64,000 nucleotides of DNA. Origin: Macrostomum hystrix (Eukaryota > Animalia > Platyhelminthes). Below the pieces are notes generated by a model. It did not search any database. It saw nothing but the letters and a program-made list of their open reading frames with translations, and had not been told where the DNA came from. The translations under genes and the position numbers were made by a program. Positions 51,401-62,100 of the stretch are shown piece by piece. The stretch is from the NCBI GenBank assembly GCA_950097015.1, contig CATNEN010000039.1, positions 13,082,001-13,146,000 on the forward strand, given 5' to 3'. Numbering within the stretch: the first letter of the stretch is position 1; every line of letters begins with the position of its first letter.

Positions 51401-54400
51401 GACACAAAAGTCTAGGGATTCTTGACCTAAAAGTGTAGGGATTCGTGACTTTAAAATCTAGGGATTCTTGACCCTAAAATCTTGGGATTCTTGACCCAAA
51501 ATTCTTGGGATTCTTGACAAAAAATCTAGGGATTCTAAACCTAAAGGTTTAGGGATACTTGACCCAAAAGTCAATGGGTTTCTTGACCCAAAAGTCAAGG
51601 GATTCTTGGCACACAAATCTAATGATTTAACAAGAAATAAACGACTTTACCTATCATAGCCAATGACCAGCGTGTCCATGGCTTCCCGAATGTCCTTCAC
51701 AGCGCAGCGCAGCTTCTGATATTCGGCAAGAAGCGCCGAAGTCTTCTGCTTGAGTTGAGCCTTGCTGACACGGCAACGCCGCACCTCCGCTGACTGGCAG
51801 AGGGACGAATGAAGATAGTGGGGATTAATGATGGGAGATTGTGAAGGGAGATTGAGAAGGGAGATTGTGAAGGGGAATTGTGAAGGGAGATTGCGAAGGG
51901 AGATTGTGAAGGGAGATTTCTCAGAACTCACCGATGCCATGCTCAAGTCCAGTGGCATCTCCTTGAGCCAGCTGCCGAAGTTCTCATCGCTTGCATCGTC
52001 GACGGGCAGCGTCAAACTTGTCAGACAGGCGGCAACGAATTGGGCCACGCTATCCTGCGGCTTGACTCTGCGCAGCTCATCCAGGCTGACCAGGGTTCGA
52101 TCCCTGAGGCTGTCCAGCTGGACGTTAATATCGATGAGAATTTCGTGTCCAGATTTTTTTGTATTTTTTTTTTATAATCAAGCAATGAGTTTTGAATTGC
52201 TAAACAGCTGTATCAAATGAGAAATTAGATTTTAGGCTTTTCAATTGGATTTCTTGATTTAACGGTGGGGTTTTAGAATTGAAAATGGAATTTAAGAATT
52301 GCTAAATTGGATTTCAGAGTTGTGAAATGGGATTTCAGAGTTGTGAAATGGGATTTCAGAGTTGTGAAATGGGATTTCAGAGTTGTGAAATGGGATTTCA
52401 GAGTTGTGAAATGGGATTTCAGAATTGCACAATGGGATTTCAGAATTGCACAATGGGATTTCAGAATTTCACGATAGGACTACAAGATTGTACGATGAAA
52501 ATTGAAAAAGAGATAATAACTTCACAATAACTATTTGTAAAGTACTTATAAGACGAGTTGTCGGTCGACTTACAAAGTCGAGTTTGAACTGTCGCTGCGA
52601 AGCCAGGGCCTCGTGGATGCTGCAAACCAAATCGGTCTCAATGTGGTCCAACTCCTGGGCAGGCCGGCGTTTGGGGGCGGCGAGATTCGATACAGTCGCT
52701 AATATCCGAGTTAGAGAGGCCTCATGAGATCATATTTCGTTGTTTGGAAAAAATAAGAGAGAGGAAATTAAAGGATAATAATTGCCAGTTGGGATCTGCT
52801 GTGGACTAGGGGAAGCGGGGCCAGCCTGGGGGAATGGGGAGAATGCTTGCGGGAAGGGGAAATTATGGGGAAAGGGGAGAATTCTGGGAGGAATGGAAGA
52901 ATTCTTTAGGGAAAGGGGGAATGGAAGACCTACAAATCTCTTCCAAGGGGAGAATGCTTGGAGGAATGGGAGAATGCTTGGGGGAAGGGGAGAATACTTG
53001 GGGGAAGGGGAGAATGCTTGGGGGAAGGGGAGAATGCTTGGGGGAAGGGGAGAATGCTTGGGGGAAGGGGAGAATGCTTGGGGGAAGGGGAGAATGCTTG
53101 GGGGGAAGGGAAGAATGTTTGGGGGAAGGGCAGAATGCTTGGGGGAAGGGGAGAATGCTTGGGGGAAGGGGAGAATGCTTGGGGGAAGGGGAGAATGCTT
53201 GGGGGAAGGGGAGAATGCTTGGGGGAAGGGAAGAATGTTTGGGGGAAGGGCAGAATGCTTGGGGGAAGGTGAGAATGCTTGGGGGAAGGGGAGAATGCTT
53301 GGGGGAAGGGGAGAATGCTTGGGGGAAGGGGAGAATGCTTGGGGGAAGGTGAGAATGCTTGGGGGAAGGTGAGAATGCTTGGGGGAAGGGGAGAATGCTT
53401 GGGGGAAGGGGAGAATGCTTGGGGGAAGGGGAGAATGCTTGGGGGAAGGGGAGAATGCTTGGGGGAAGGGGAGAATGCTTGGGGGAAGGGGAGAATGCTT
53501 GGGGGAAGGGGAGAATGCTTGGGGGAAGGGGAGAATGCTTGGGGGAAGGGGAGAATGCTTGGGGGAAGGGGAGAATGCTTGGGGGAAGGGGAGAATGCTT
53601 GGGGGAAGGGGAGAATGCTTGGGGGAAGGGGAGAATGCTTGGGGGAAGGGGAGAATGCTTGGGGGAAGGGGAGAATGCTTGGGGGAAGGTGAGAATGCTT
53701 GGGGGAAGGGGAGAATGCTTGGGGGGAGGGAAGAATGCTTGGGGGAAGGGCAGAATGCTTGGGGGAAGGGAGGAACACAAATTGAGTAAAGACGACTTGG
53801 ACAAAGACGATTTAATGAAAAGATAAGATAAGAGAAGAGATAAAGATAGGGGGGAAGGGGAGAAATATGAGACGATAGGGGAATATGATTAGGGGATGAA
53901 AGGGAGGTTATTTCTGTCGGTCAGCGCGTGCCGCTCACCTGCATCACCTCGGGCAAGGCGCTGTCCCTGACCGTGCTGCGCAAAGCGTTACACGCGGCCA
54001 GCTGCAGGGCATACCGATTGTGCGCCTCGACAGTCGCTGGCGAAGATGTCGCGGGCGGAACATTTGGCGTCGTCGTTATCGTTGTCGAAGTCGCTGATGA
54101 GACGCATTGTCTAAGGCTGGCCAGCTGGATGGCGCATTCAGCATCCGATGCAGCCACCGCGCATTCCAGTCGGTTGAGCGAGACGAACAGGCCATTGGCC
54201 TGGGCGGTCTTGCCACCGGCTAGGTGTGCCAGCTGATTGGCTAGACGGCCGGACAGACTGCCCGCCAGGCGGTTGAAGGCCTGATTGACAGGTAAAGGTA
54301 GAGGGCGCGTTGGAAGATTGACTGATAGATTAATAAATCAGCGCTATGCAATCAATCAAACATTGTCATATGATTTAGGCGCTACATCACACCTGTTAGT

Positions 54401-57400
54401 CACAATCCTACCTGTTAGTCACAATCCTACCTGTTAGTCACAATCCTACCTGTTAGACACAATCCTATCTGTTAGACACAATCGTACCTGTTAGAGACAA
54501 TCCTACCTGTTAGACACAATCCAACCTATTAGACACAATCCTACCTGTTAGACACAATACTATCTGTTAGACACAATCCTACCTGTTAGACACAATCCTA
54601 CCTGTTAGACACAATCCTACCTGTTAGACACAATCCTACCTGTTAGACACAATCCTACCTACTAGACACAACCCTACCTATTAGACACAATCCTACCTGT
54701 TAGACACAATCCTACCTGTTAGACACAATCCTACCTGTTAGACACAATCCTACCTATTAGACACAATCCTACCTGTTAGTCACAATCCTACCTGTTAGAC
54801 ACAATCCTATCTGTTAGACACAATCGTACCTGTTAGACACAATCCTACCTGTTAGACACAATCCTACCTGTTAGACACAATCCTACCTATTAGACACAAT
54901 CCTACCTGTTAGTCACAATCTTACCTGTTAGACACAATACTATCTGTTAGACACAATCCTACCTGTTAGACACAATCCTACCTGTTAGACACAATCCTAC
55001 CTGTTAGACACAATCCTACCTGTTAGACACAATCCTACCTGTTAGACACAATCCTACCTGTTAGACACAATCCTACCTGTTAGTCACAATCCTACCTGTT
55101 AGACACAATCCTATCTGTTAGACACAATCGTACCTGTTAGACACAATCCTACCTGTTAGACACAATCCTACCTGTTAGACACAATCCTACCTATTAGACA
55201 CAATCCTACCTGTTAGTCACAATCTTACCTGTTAGACACAATACTATCTGTTAGACACAATCCTACCTGTTAGACACAATCCTACCTGTTAGACACAATC
55301 CTACCTGTTAGACACAATCCTACCTGTTAGACACAATCCTACCTGTTAGACACAATCCTACCTGTTAGACACAATCCTACCTGTTAGACACAATCCTACC
55401 TGTTAGACACAATCCTACCTGTTAGACACAATCCTACCTATTAGACACAATCCTACCTGTTAGACACAATCCTACCTGTTAGACACAATCCTACCTATTA
55501 GACACAATCCTACCTATCCTCAATCCTGACCTGTTAGATACAAAATCACACATGTTACTCATTGATTGATAGGTTTAGATTCAAGGACAGTCACTGATAA
55601 GCGATCTCTATCCTAGCTGGTATCATCAGAGGCATGCGCCAGTCAATAGCGGAAAATATCAGAGGCAGGCAGCGAACCGTTAACGGAGGAGGAAGGTTCA
55701 GCAATGCGAAATTGACGCATTTTGTCTTTTCATCAATTCCAAATGATTTCCGGCAACAGGTGGAGACTTAGGATTTGTCATCCTGTAATTAATTTTAAGC
55801 CGGCTCTTCGCTCTTCGTGACATTGGAGGACAGTGGAAGCATGACATGGCATAGTCGATGAAGTGGATATGGGTAGACTGGAGGCCACAGGCTGGGATAA
55901 TGATAAACAAATTAGAAAATAACTATCCAGGAAAACTGGTCGGTGTAGGAAGAAGACACGGGTCAGAGGAAGAAGACACTGGTCAGAGGAAGAAGACACT
56001 GGTCAGAGGAAGAAGACACTGGTCAGAGGAAGAAGACACGGGTCAGAGGAAGAAGACACGGGTCGGTGTAGGAAGAAGACCCGGGTCAGAAGAAGAAGAC
56101 ACGGGTCAGAAGAAGAAAACACGGGTCAGAGGAAGAAGACACGGGTCAGAGGAAGAAGACACGGGTCAGAAGAAAAAGACACGGGTCAGAGGAAGAAGAC
56201 ACGGGTCAGAGGAAGAAGACACTGGTCAGAGGAAGAAGACCCGGGTCAGAAGAAGAAGACACGGGTCAGAAGAAGAAGACACGGGTCAGAGAAAGAAGAC
56301 ACGGGTCGGTTTAGGAAGAAGACACGGGTCAGAGGAAGAAGACACGGGTCAGAGGAAGAAGACACTGGTCAGAGGAAGAAGACACTGGTCAGAGGAAGAA
56401 GACACGGGTCAGAGGAAGAAGACACGGGTCAGAGGAAGAAGACACGGGTCAGAAGAAGAAGACACTGGTCAGAAGAAGAAGACCCGGGTCAGAAGAAGAA
56501 GACACGGGTCAGAGAAAGAAGACACGGGTCGGTGTAGGAAGAAGACCCGGGTCAGAAGAAGAAGACACTGGTCAGAGGAAGAAGACACGGGTCAGCGGAA
56601 GAAGACACGGGTCGGTGTAGGAAGAAGACCCGGGTCAGAAGAAGAAGACACGGGTCAGGGGAAGAACACACGGGTCAGAGGAAGAAGACACGGGTCGGTG
56701 TAGGAAGAAGACCCGGGTCAGAAGAAGAAGACACGGGTCAGGGGAAGAACACACGGGTCAGAGAAAGAAGACATGGGTCGGTGTAGGAAGAAGACACGGG
56801 TCAGAGGAAGAAGATACTGGTCAGAGGAAGAAGACACGGGTCAGAGAAAGAAGACACGGGTCAGGGGAAGAAGACACGGGTCAGAGGAAGAAGACACGGG
56901 TCAGAGGAAGAAGACACGGGTCAGAGGAAGAAGACACGGGTCAGAGGAAGAAGACACGGGTCAGAGGAAGAATACAGTAAGAAGGAAAACAGGTTGGTGT
57001 GACATGCCTTGGCATCAGACTGGCAGTCAGCCAGTAGGGCTCGCCACACGGGCTGAAGGGCGGCAGTGCAGGTGGGCGGCTGATCGTCAGTTCTGCAATC
57101 GAATGGAAAGATAATCGATACTTTTTCCCACTCATTATCCGTGCGCGAGTGTTTCAAAGTGCCAACAATTTCCTGGAAGTAAATAAAAATTTGCGCTTAC
57201 AATCCCTGAGTCTCAGTGCTGAAAAGCTGTTCAGATTTCTGGCCAAATTCGGCCCCAATTTCCTGCAGCTGAGTGGCCGAGTCGGTGTAGAACTGGGCCA
57301 GCCGGTTGTTGAACTCCGACACTGCGGGTTCGGGTTGTGGCGAATGCGACTGGACTTGTCAAGAGACTGAATTTGACAGAATGCGAGGTTCCAGGAAATA

Positions 57401-58098
57401 CTCTACCCGAACCAGATAGATAAAACCTCAAACATGTTAGACAACCCGAAACGGTTAGATGCAAAAAAGCCGTACCTGTTAGACACTGTCCTGATCCTGT
57501 TAGACACAGATCAAAACCTGTTACACACAACTCAAACTTGTTAGAATCAACTCTGAACATGTTCGACACAACTCTGAACATGTTAGACACTGTCCCTAAA
57601 CTGATAGACACTATTCTTAACCTGTTAGACACAGCTACGAACCTGTTAGACACAGCTAACAAACCAGTTAGATACAGCTACAAACCTGTTAGATACAGCT
57701 ACAAACCTGTTAGACACTGTCCTGAACCTGTTAGACACAACTCAAACTTGTTAGACACAGCCCAGAACATGTTAGGCACAACACTGAACATGTTAGACAC
57801 TGTCCTTAAACTGTTAGACACAGCCCCAACATGTTAGACGCAGTTCAAAGTTGTTAAACACAGCCCAGAACCCGTTAGACACCTCAAGCTAGAAGGCGCA
57901 CTCACCCAGTCGCACCATGGCCAGTGTGGACAGGACCTGCTGTTTCACAGCCTGCTGCAGCTGTCGCCTCGGCTGCAGCAGGCACCCGATGCCAGACTCG
58001 ATTGCGTAAGCTGCCACTGCCGCTGTCGCCGCCTCCAGCTGTTCTTGATCTGCCACAGCCGTCACCGACCCCAGCGCATGCTGGTCAGTGAGGCTCAT
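27768..58098 (-). CDS. F-BAR-like + tandem SH3 adaptor, invertebrate STAC-like protein, long isoform (~1310 aa, ~21 exons)
   Basis: Exons (-): 58098-57906, 57321-57201, 57092-57008, 54280-53939, 52654-52574, 52117-51932, 51793-51651, 48809-48698, 40612-40484, 38719-38683, 38033-37917, 36109-35879 (or 35840), ~34244-33912, 32683-32327, 31127-30984, 30056-29889, 29819-29463, 29364-29137, 29034-28910, 28808-28726, 28128-27768. Phases are continuous. The boundaries at 35879 and 34244, and the 48698-to-40612 join, are the least certain. Confidence 0.65.
28330..28600. repeat. 16-bp minisatellite (cacgaacctcaaacgt)
   Basis: Lies in the intron that splits the SH3 domain. Confidence 0.85.
30165..30617 (-). 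mobile_element. MITE-like element (family C), reverse copy
   Basis: Ends TCTTTCTACTCTTAA. Internal blocks are reverse complements of 1104-1215 and 9440-9600. Confidence 0.55.
31195..31543 (-). mobile_element. tRNA-derived SINE family A, near full length
   Basis: On -: GGTGGCAGAGCGGTTAAC (A box) ... GTTCGATTCC (B box), ~270-bp body, (TTA)n-like tail. Five related copies in the window. Confidence 0.8.
31681..31990 (-). mobile_element. tRNA-headed CORE-SINE-like family B
   Basis: On -: TAGCCTAGTGG (A box), GGTTCGATTCCC (B box), then tgtgtcccttagcaagacacttaac...cttcagttcacccagctgtaaaatggg, resembling the MIR/CORE domain. AT-rich tail. Confidence 0.8.
33115..33700. repeat. 43-bp minisatellite (gggagagataaggggcagcaaaggaggggttttggatgggtac)
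   Basis: About 13 units. Confidence 0.93.
34300..35140. repeat. 25-bp quasi-palindromic minisatellite (agaatcctagcttcgattctagtta)
   Basis: About 33 units. Confidence 0.95.
36120..37170. repeat. 30-bp minisatellite (gatgatccgggatgctagggcaatgagctg) grading into a diverged 30-bp variant
   Basis: About 29 homogeneous units to 36990, then diverged units. Confidence 0.95.
38217..38427. repeat. (CCTCT)n microsatellite
   Basis: About 42 perfect units. Confidence 0.97.
39165..40420. repeat. 21/22-bp minisatellite (tacaaatcttatcagtctactc)
   Basis: Tandem units in intron 38720-40483. Confidence 0.93.
40672..40940 (-). mobile_element. CORE-SINE-like family B
   Basis: Near-collinear match to 31700-31975. 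Confidence 0.8.
41068..42383. repeat. 16-bp minisatellite (gagtgggatcagaat[g/a])
   Basis: About 82 units. Confidence 0.97.
42415..42798 (-). CDS. Probable alternative first coding exon of the STAC-like gene (short, BAR-less isoform)
   Basis: ATG at 42798, 128 codons, GC-rich coding-like composition. Donor TCC|gtgagg is phase 0, compatible with the phase-0 acceptor at 40612. The upstream AG is not phase-compatible with exon 48698. Confidence 0.65.
43365..44025. repeat. 12/24-bp minisatellite (ggtagagtagaaggtagactggga)
   Basis: Tandem units. Confidence 0.93.
45728..48648. repeat. 24-bp minisatellite (gggagaagagagtggggaatagac), ~120 units, with an 888-bp higher-order repeat
   Basis: Identical ORF blocks start at 46277, 47165 and 48053 (period 888 = 37 units). 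Confidence 0.97.
48698..58098 (-). CDS. F-BAR-like helical region plus following coiled coil (8 exons)
   Basis: [38 protein letters not shown]|[37 protein letters not shown]|ELDHIE and [15 protein letters not shown] resemble FCHSD/srGAP-type F-BAR plus extension. Recognised by eye only. Confidence 0.65.
49040..49535. repeat. 16-bp minisatellite (ccaagaaacgaggttt)
   Basis: Tandem units. Related degenerate tracts at ~44430-44950 and (inverted) 50270-50530. Confidence 0.88.
51150..51625. repeat. Degenerate ~23-bp minisatellite (gggattcttgacccaaaaatcta)
   Basis: Imperfect tandem units after donor 51650. Confidence 0.8.
52290..52475. repeat. 21-bp minisatellite (gggatttcagagttgtgaaat)
   Basis: About 8 units. 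Confidence 0.88.
52945..53772. repeat. 20-bp G-run minisatellite (gggggaaggggagaatgctt)
   Basis: About 41 units. Confidence 0.97.
54390..55545. repeat. 19-bp minisatellite (cctgttagacacaatccta)
   Basis: About 60 units. Confidence 0.97.
55938..56972. repeat. 20-bp minisatellite (acgggtcagaggaagaagac)
   Basis: About 50 units. Confidence 0.95.
57425..57885. repeat. Degenerate 21-bp minisatellite with cctgttagaca core
   Basis: About 22 diverged units in intron 57322-57905. Confidence 0.8.
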
Positions 58099-58223
58099 CG
58101 CCAGATCTTCCAGTGTGGTCGTCTTGAATCAACTGTCCGAGTTGAGCTGCGGATGATATCAAGGGCTATTCTAGACGGCACTGTTAATTCATTCTTTAAT
58201 ATAACAACGTAGTCATTCTACTC

Positions 58224-58510
58224 TAATTGATTGCACCTGCCCCGATTACACCTGGGCCATATATGCAGACGACAGCACAGCCGCAGCTATTGCGCGGCGC
58301 ATCTGAAGGCTGCGTACAGCTGTTCAGTCCATGGACTGGGGGGGACGCCACACCCACCCACAATCATCCCAGCTGACGCTGGTACCCATTTAACAGCTGG
58401 GTGAACTGAACAGCCAGTTAAGTGTCTTGCTTAAGGAAATAAATTATTACAGTTTGAGTCGGGAATCGAACCCCCGACCTTCAAGTCGTGAGTCCGACAC
58501 TAACCACCAC
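58224..58510 (-). mobile_element. CORE-SINE-like family B
   Basis: Near-collinear match to 31700-31985. Abuts a family A fragment. Confidence 0.8.
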
Positions 58511-58530
58511 CACCCCCTCGTAGTTAAATG

Positions 58531-58676
58531 ATAATAATAATTGCAGGAGGGCTGTGGGCAGTGGCACATCATTTTGTGACACTAGACCCGAAGCCAGCAA
58601 GGAGGCAATTCTGCCCATTTCGCTGACTCCTGAGCATACACGCACTCTGATACCGTACGTAGGCACACGCTCACAC
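58531..58676 (-). mobile_element. SINE family A, 3' part only
   Basis: tgcaggagggctg..ggcacatcattt.gtgacactaga..ctgcccatttcgctgactcctgagca matches 31213-31320 and the reverse complement of 10300-10410. Confidence 0.75.
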
Positions 58677-59114
58677 ATCGTCAGTGCAGATGAGAAAATT
58701 ATACTACTAGCTTCAAGTAGGATAACAAACGAGACAAAATTAAAGAGATAAAAACCAAGATCAAGGACCTGCTGAAGCCAAAGGAATGAAAAGCTAGCCC
58801 TAGATACATACAGCGAAGCTTATCCGAAGGCCCGTTGACTGTTCCCCATAATATGAGGGCCATTGCGTGCCAGTGTCTGTCTAACACTGTAGCTAGTTCT
58901 GCCTCTGTAATTTAGGACACATATTAGCATAGAAAAGCTGGGGGAACTCTAAAACTTCAGGTTACTGCGCGATTCTCATCCTAGCTGAAGGATTCTGAAT
59001 AGCTTACCTGCGTAATCCCCCCAAGGCTTACTCATCCCCCTGCAACCTTCGCTTTCTAGCTTGCACGGAAGCCCTTTCCACACAGACTATTTACAGCCAT
59101 GCTGCCTTTTAACT

Positions 59115-62100
59115 TGTCACTTCTGCTCATTCTCTGTCACTCTGCTCATTCACTGTCACTCTGCTCATTCTCTGTCACTCTGCTCATTCTCTGTCACTCT
59201 GCTCATTCTCTGTCACTCTGCTCATTCTCTGTCACTCTGCTCATTCTCTGTCACTCTGCTCATTCTCTGTCACTTCTGCTCATTCACTGTCACTCTGCTC
59301 ATTCTCTGTCACTCTGCTCATTCTCTGTCACTCTGCTCATTCACTGTCACTCTGCTCATTTTCTGTCACTCTGCTCATTCTCTGTCACTCTGCTCATTCT
59401 CTGTCACTCTGCTCATTCTCTGTCACTCTGCTCATTTTCTGTCACTCTGCTCATTCTCTGTCACTCTGCTCATTCACTGTCACTCTGCTCATTCTCTGTC
59501 ACTCTGCTCATTCTCTGTCACTTCTGCTCATTCACTGTCACTCTGCTCATTCTCTGTCACTCTGCTCATTCTCTGTCACTCTGCTCATTCTCTGTCACTC
59601 TGCTCATTTTCTGTCACTCTGCCCATTCTCTGTCACTCTGCTCATTCTCTGTCACTCTGCTCATTCTCTGTCACTCTGCTCATTCTCTGTCACTCTGCTC
59701 ATTCTCTGTCACTCTGCTCATTCTCTGTCACTTCTGCTCATTCACTGTCACTTCTGCTCATTCTGTCACTCTGCTCATTCTCTGTCACTCTGCTCATTCT
59801 CTGTCACTCTGCTCATTCTCTGTCACTTCTGCTCATTCACTGTCACTCTGCTCATTCTCTGTCACTCTGCTCATTCTCTGTCACTTCTGCTCATTCACTG
59901 TCACTCTGCTCATTCTCTGTCACTCTGCCCATTCTCTGTCACTTCTGCTCATTCACTGTCACTCTGCTCATTCTCTGTCCCTTCTGCTCATTCTCTGTCA
60001 CTTCTGCTCATTCTGTCACTCTGCTCATTCTCTGTCACTCTGCTCATTCTCTGTCACTTCTGCTCATTCACTGTCACTCTGCCCATTCTCTGTCACTCTG
60101 CTCATTCTCTGTCACTCTGCTCATTCTCTGTCACTTCTGCTCATTCACTGTCACTCTGCTCATTCACTGTCACTCTGCTCATTCTCTGTCACTCTGCTCA
60201 TTCTCTGTCACTCTGCTCATTCTCTGTCACTCTGCTCATTCTCTGTCACTTCTGCTCATTCACTGTCACTCTGCTCATTCTCTGTCACTTCTGCTCATTC
60301 TCTGTCACTCTGCTCATTTTCTGTCACTCTGCTCATTCTCTGTCACTCTGCTCATTCTCTGTCACTCTGCTCATTCTCTGTCACTTCTGCTCATTCACTG
60401 TCACTCTGCTCATTCTCTGTCACTTCTGCTCATTCTCTGTCACTCTGCTCATTTTCTGTCACTCTGCTCATTCTCTGTCACTCTGCTCATTCTCTGTCAC
60501 TCTGCTCATTCTCTGTCACTTCTGCTCATTCACTGTCACTCTGCTCATTCTCTGTCACTCTGCTCATTTTCTGTCACTCTGCTCATTCACTGTCACTCTG
60601 CTCATTTTCTGTCACTCTGCTCATTCTCTGTCACTCTGCTCATTCACTGTCACTCTGCTCATTCTCTGTCACTCTGCTCATTCTCTGTCACTCTGCTCAT
60701 TCTCTGTCACTCTGCTCATTCTCTGTCACTTCTGCTCATTCACTGTCACTCTGCTCATTCTCTGTCACTTCTGCTCATTCTGTCACTCTGCTCATTCTCT
60801 GTCACTCTGCTCATTCTCTGTCACTCTGCTCATTCTCTGTCACTCTGCTCATTCTCTGTCACTCTGCTCATTCTCTGTCCCTTCTGCTCATTCTCTGTCA
60901 CTTCTGCTCATTCTGTCACTCTGCTCATTCTCTGTCACTCTGCTCATTCTCTGTCACTTCTGCTCATTCACTGTCACTCTGCTCATTCCCTGTCACTCTG
61001 CTCATTCTCTGTCACTCTGCTCATTCTCTGTCACTCTGCTCATTCTCTGTCACTCTGCTCATTCTCTGTCACTTCTGCTCATTCTCTGTCACTCTGCTCA
61101 TTCTCTGTCACTTCTGCTCATTCACTGTCACTCTGCTCATTCTCTGTCACTCTGCTCATTCTCTGTCACTCTGCCCATTCTCTGTCACTCTGCTCATTCT
61201 CTGTCACTCTGCTCATTCTCTGTCACTCTGCTCATTCTCTGTCACTCTGCTCATTCTCTGTCACTTCTGCTCATTCACTGTCACTCTGCTCATTCTCTGT
61301 CACTCTGCTCATTCTCTGTCACTCTGCCCATTCTCTGTCACTCTGCTCATTCTCTGTCACTTCTGCTCATTCTCTGTCACTCTGCCCATTCTCTGTCACT
61401 CTGCCCATTCTCTGTCACTCTGCCCATTCTCTGTCACTCTGCTCATTCTCTGTCCCTTCTGCTCATTCTCTGTCACTTCTGCTCATTCTGTCACTCTGCT
61501 CATTCTCTGTCACTCTGCTCATTCTCTGTCCCTTCTGCTCATTCACTGTCACTCTGCCCATTCTCTGTCACTCTGCTCATTCTCTGTCACTCTGCTCATT
61601 CACTGTCACTCTGCTCATTCTCTGTCACTTCTGCTCATTCACTGTCACTCTGCTCATTCTCTGTCACTCTGCTCATTCTCTGTCACTTCTGCTCATGCAC
61701 TGTCACTCTGCTCATTCTCTGTCACTCTGCTCATTCTCTGTCACTCTGCTCATTCTCTGTCACTCTGCTCATTTTCTGTCACTCTGCTCATTCTCTGTCA
61801 CTTCTGCTCATTCACTGTCACTCTGCTCATTCTCTGTCACTTCTGCTCATTCTCTGTCACTCTGCTCATTTTCTGTCACTCTGCTCATTCTCTGTCACTC
61901 TGCTCATTCTCTGTCACTCTGCTCATTCTCTGTCACTTCTGCTCATTCACTGTCACTCTGCTCATTCACTGTCACTCTGCTCATTCTCTGTCACTCTGCT
62001 CATTCTCTGTCACTCTGCTCATTCTCTGTCACTCTGCTCATTTTCTGTCACTCTGCTCATTCTCTGTCACTCTGCTCATTCTCTGTCACTCTGCTCATTC

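Noticed and set aside
448-57114. Long repetitive ORFs (448-1079, 4339-4894, 5419-6282, 6533-7086, 10930-11734, 16195-16987, 20229-20811, 33065-33747, 36091-37008, 39400-40212, 41109-42440, 43338-44150, 52782-53826, 55858-57114)
   Set aside because: Translations of minisatellites, usually open in several frames and on both strands.
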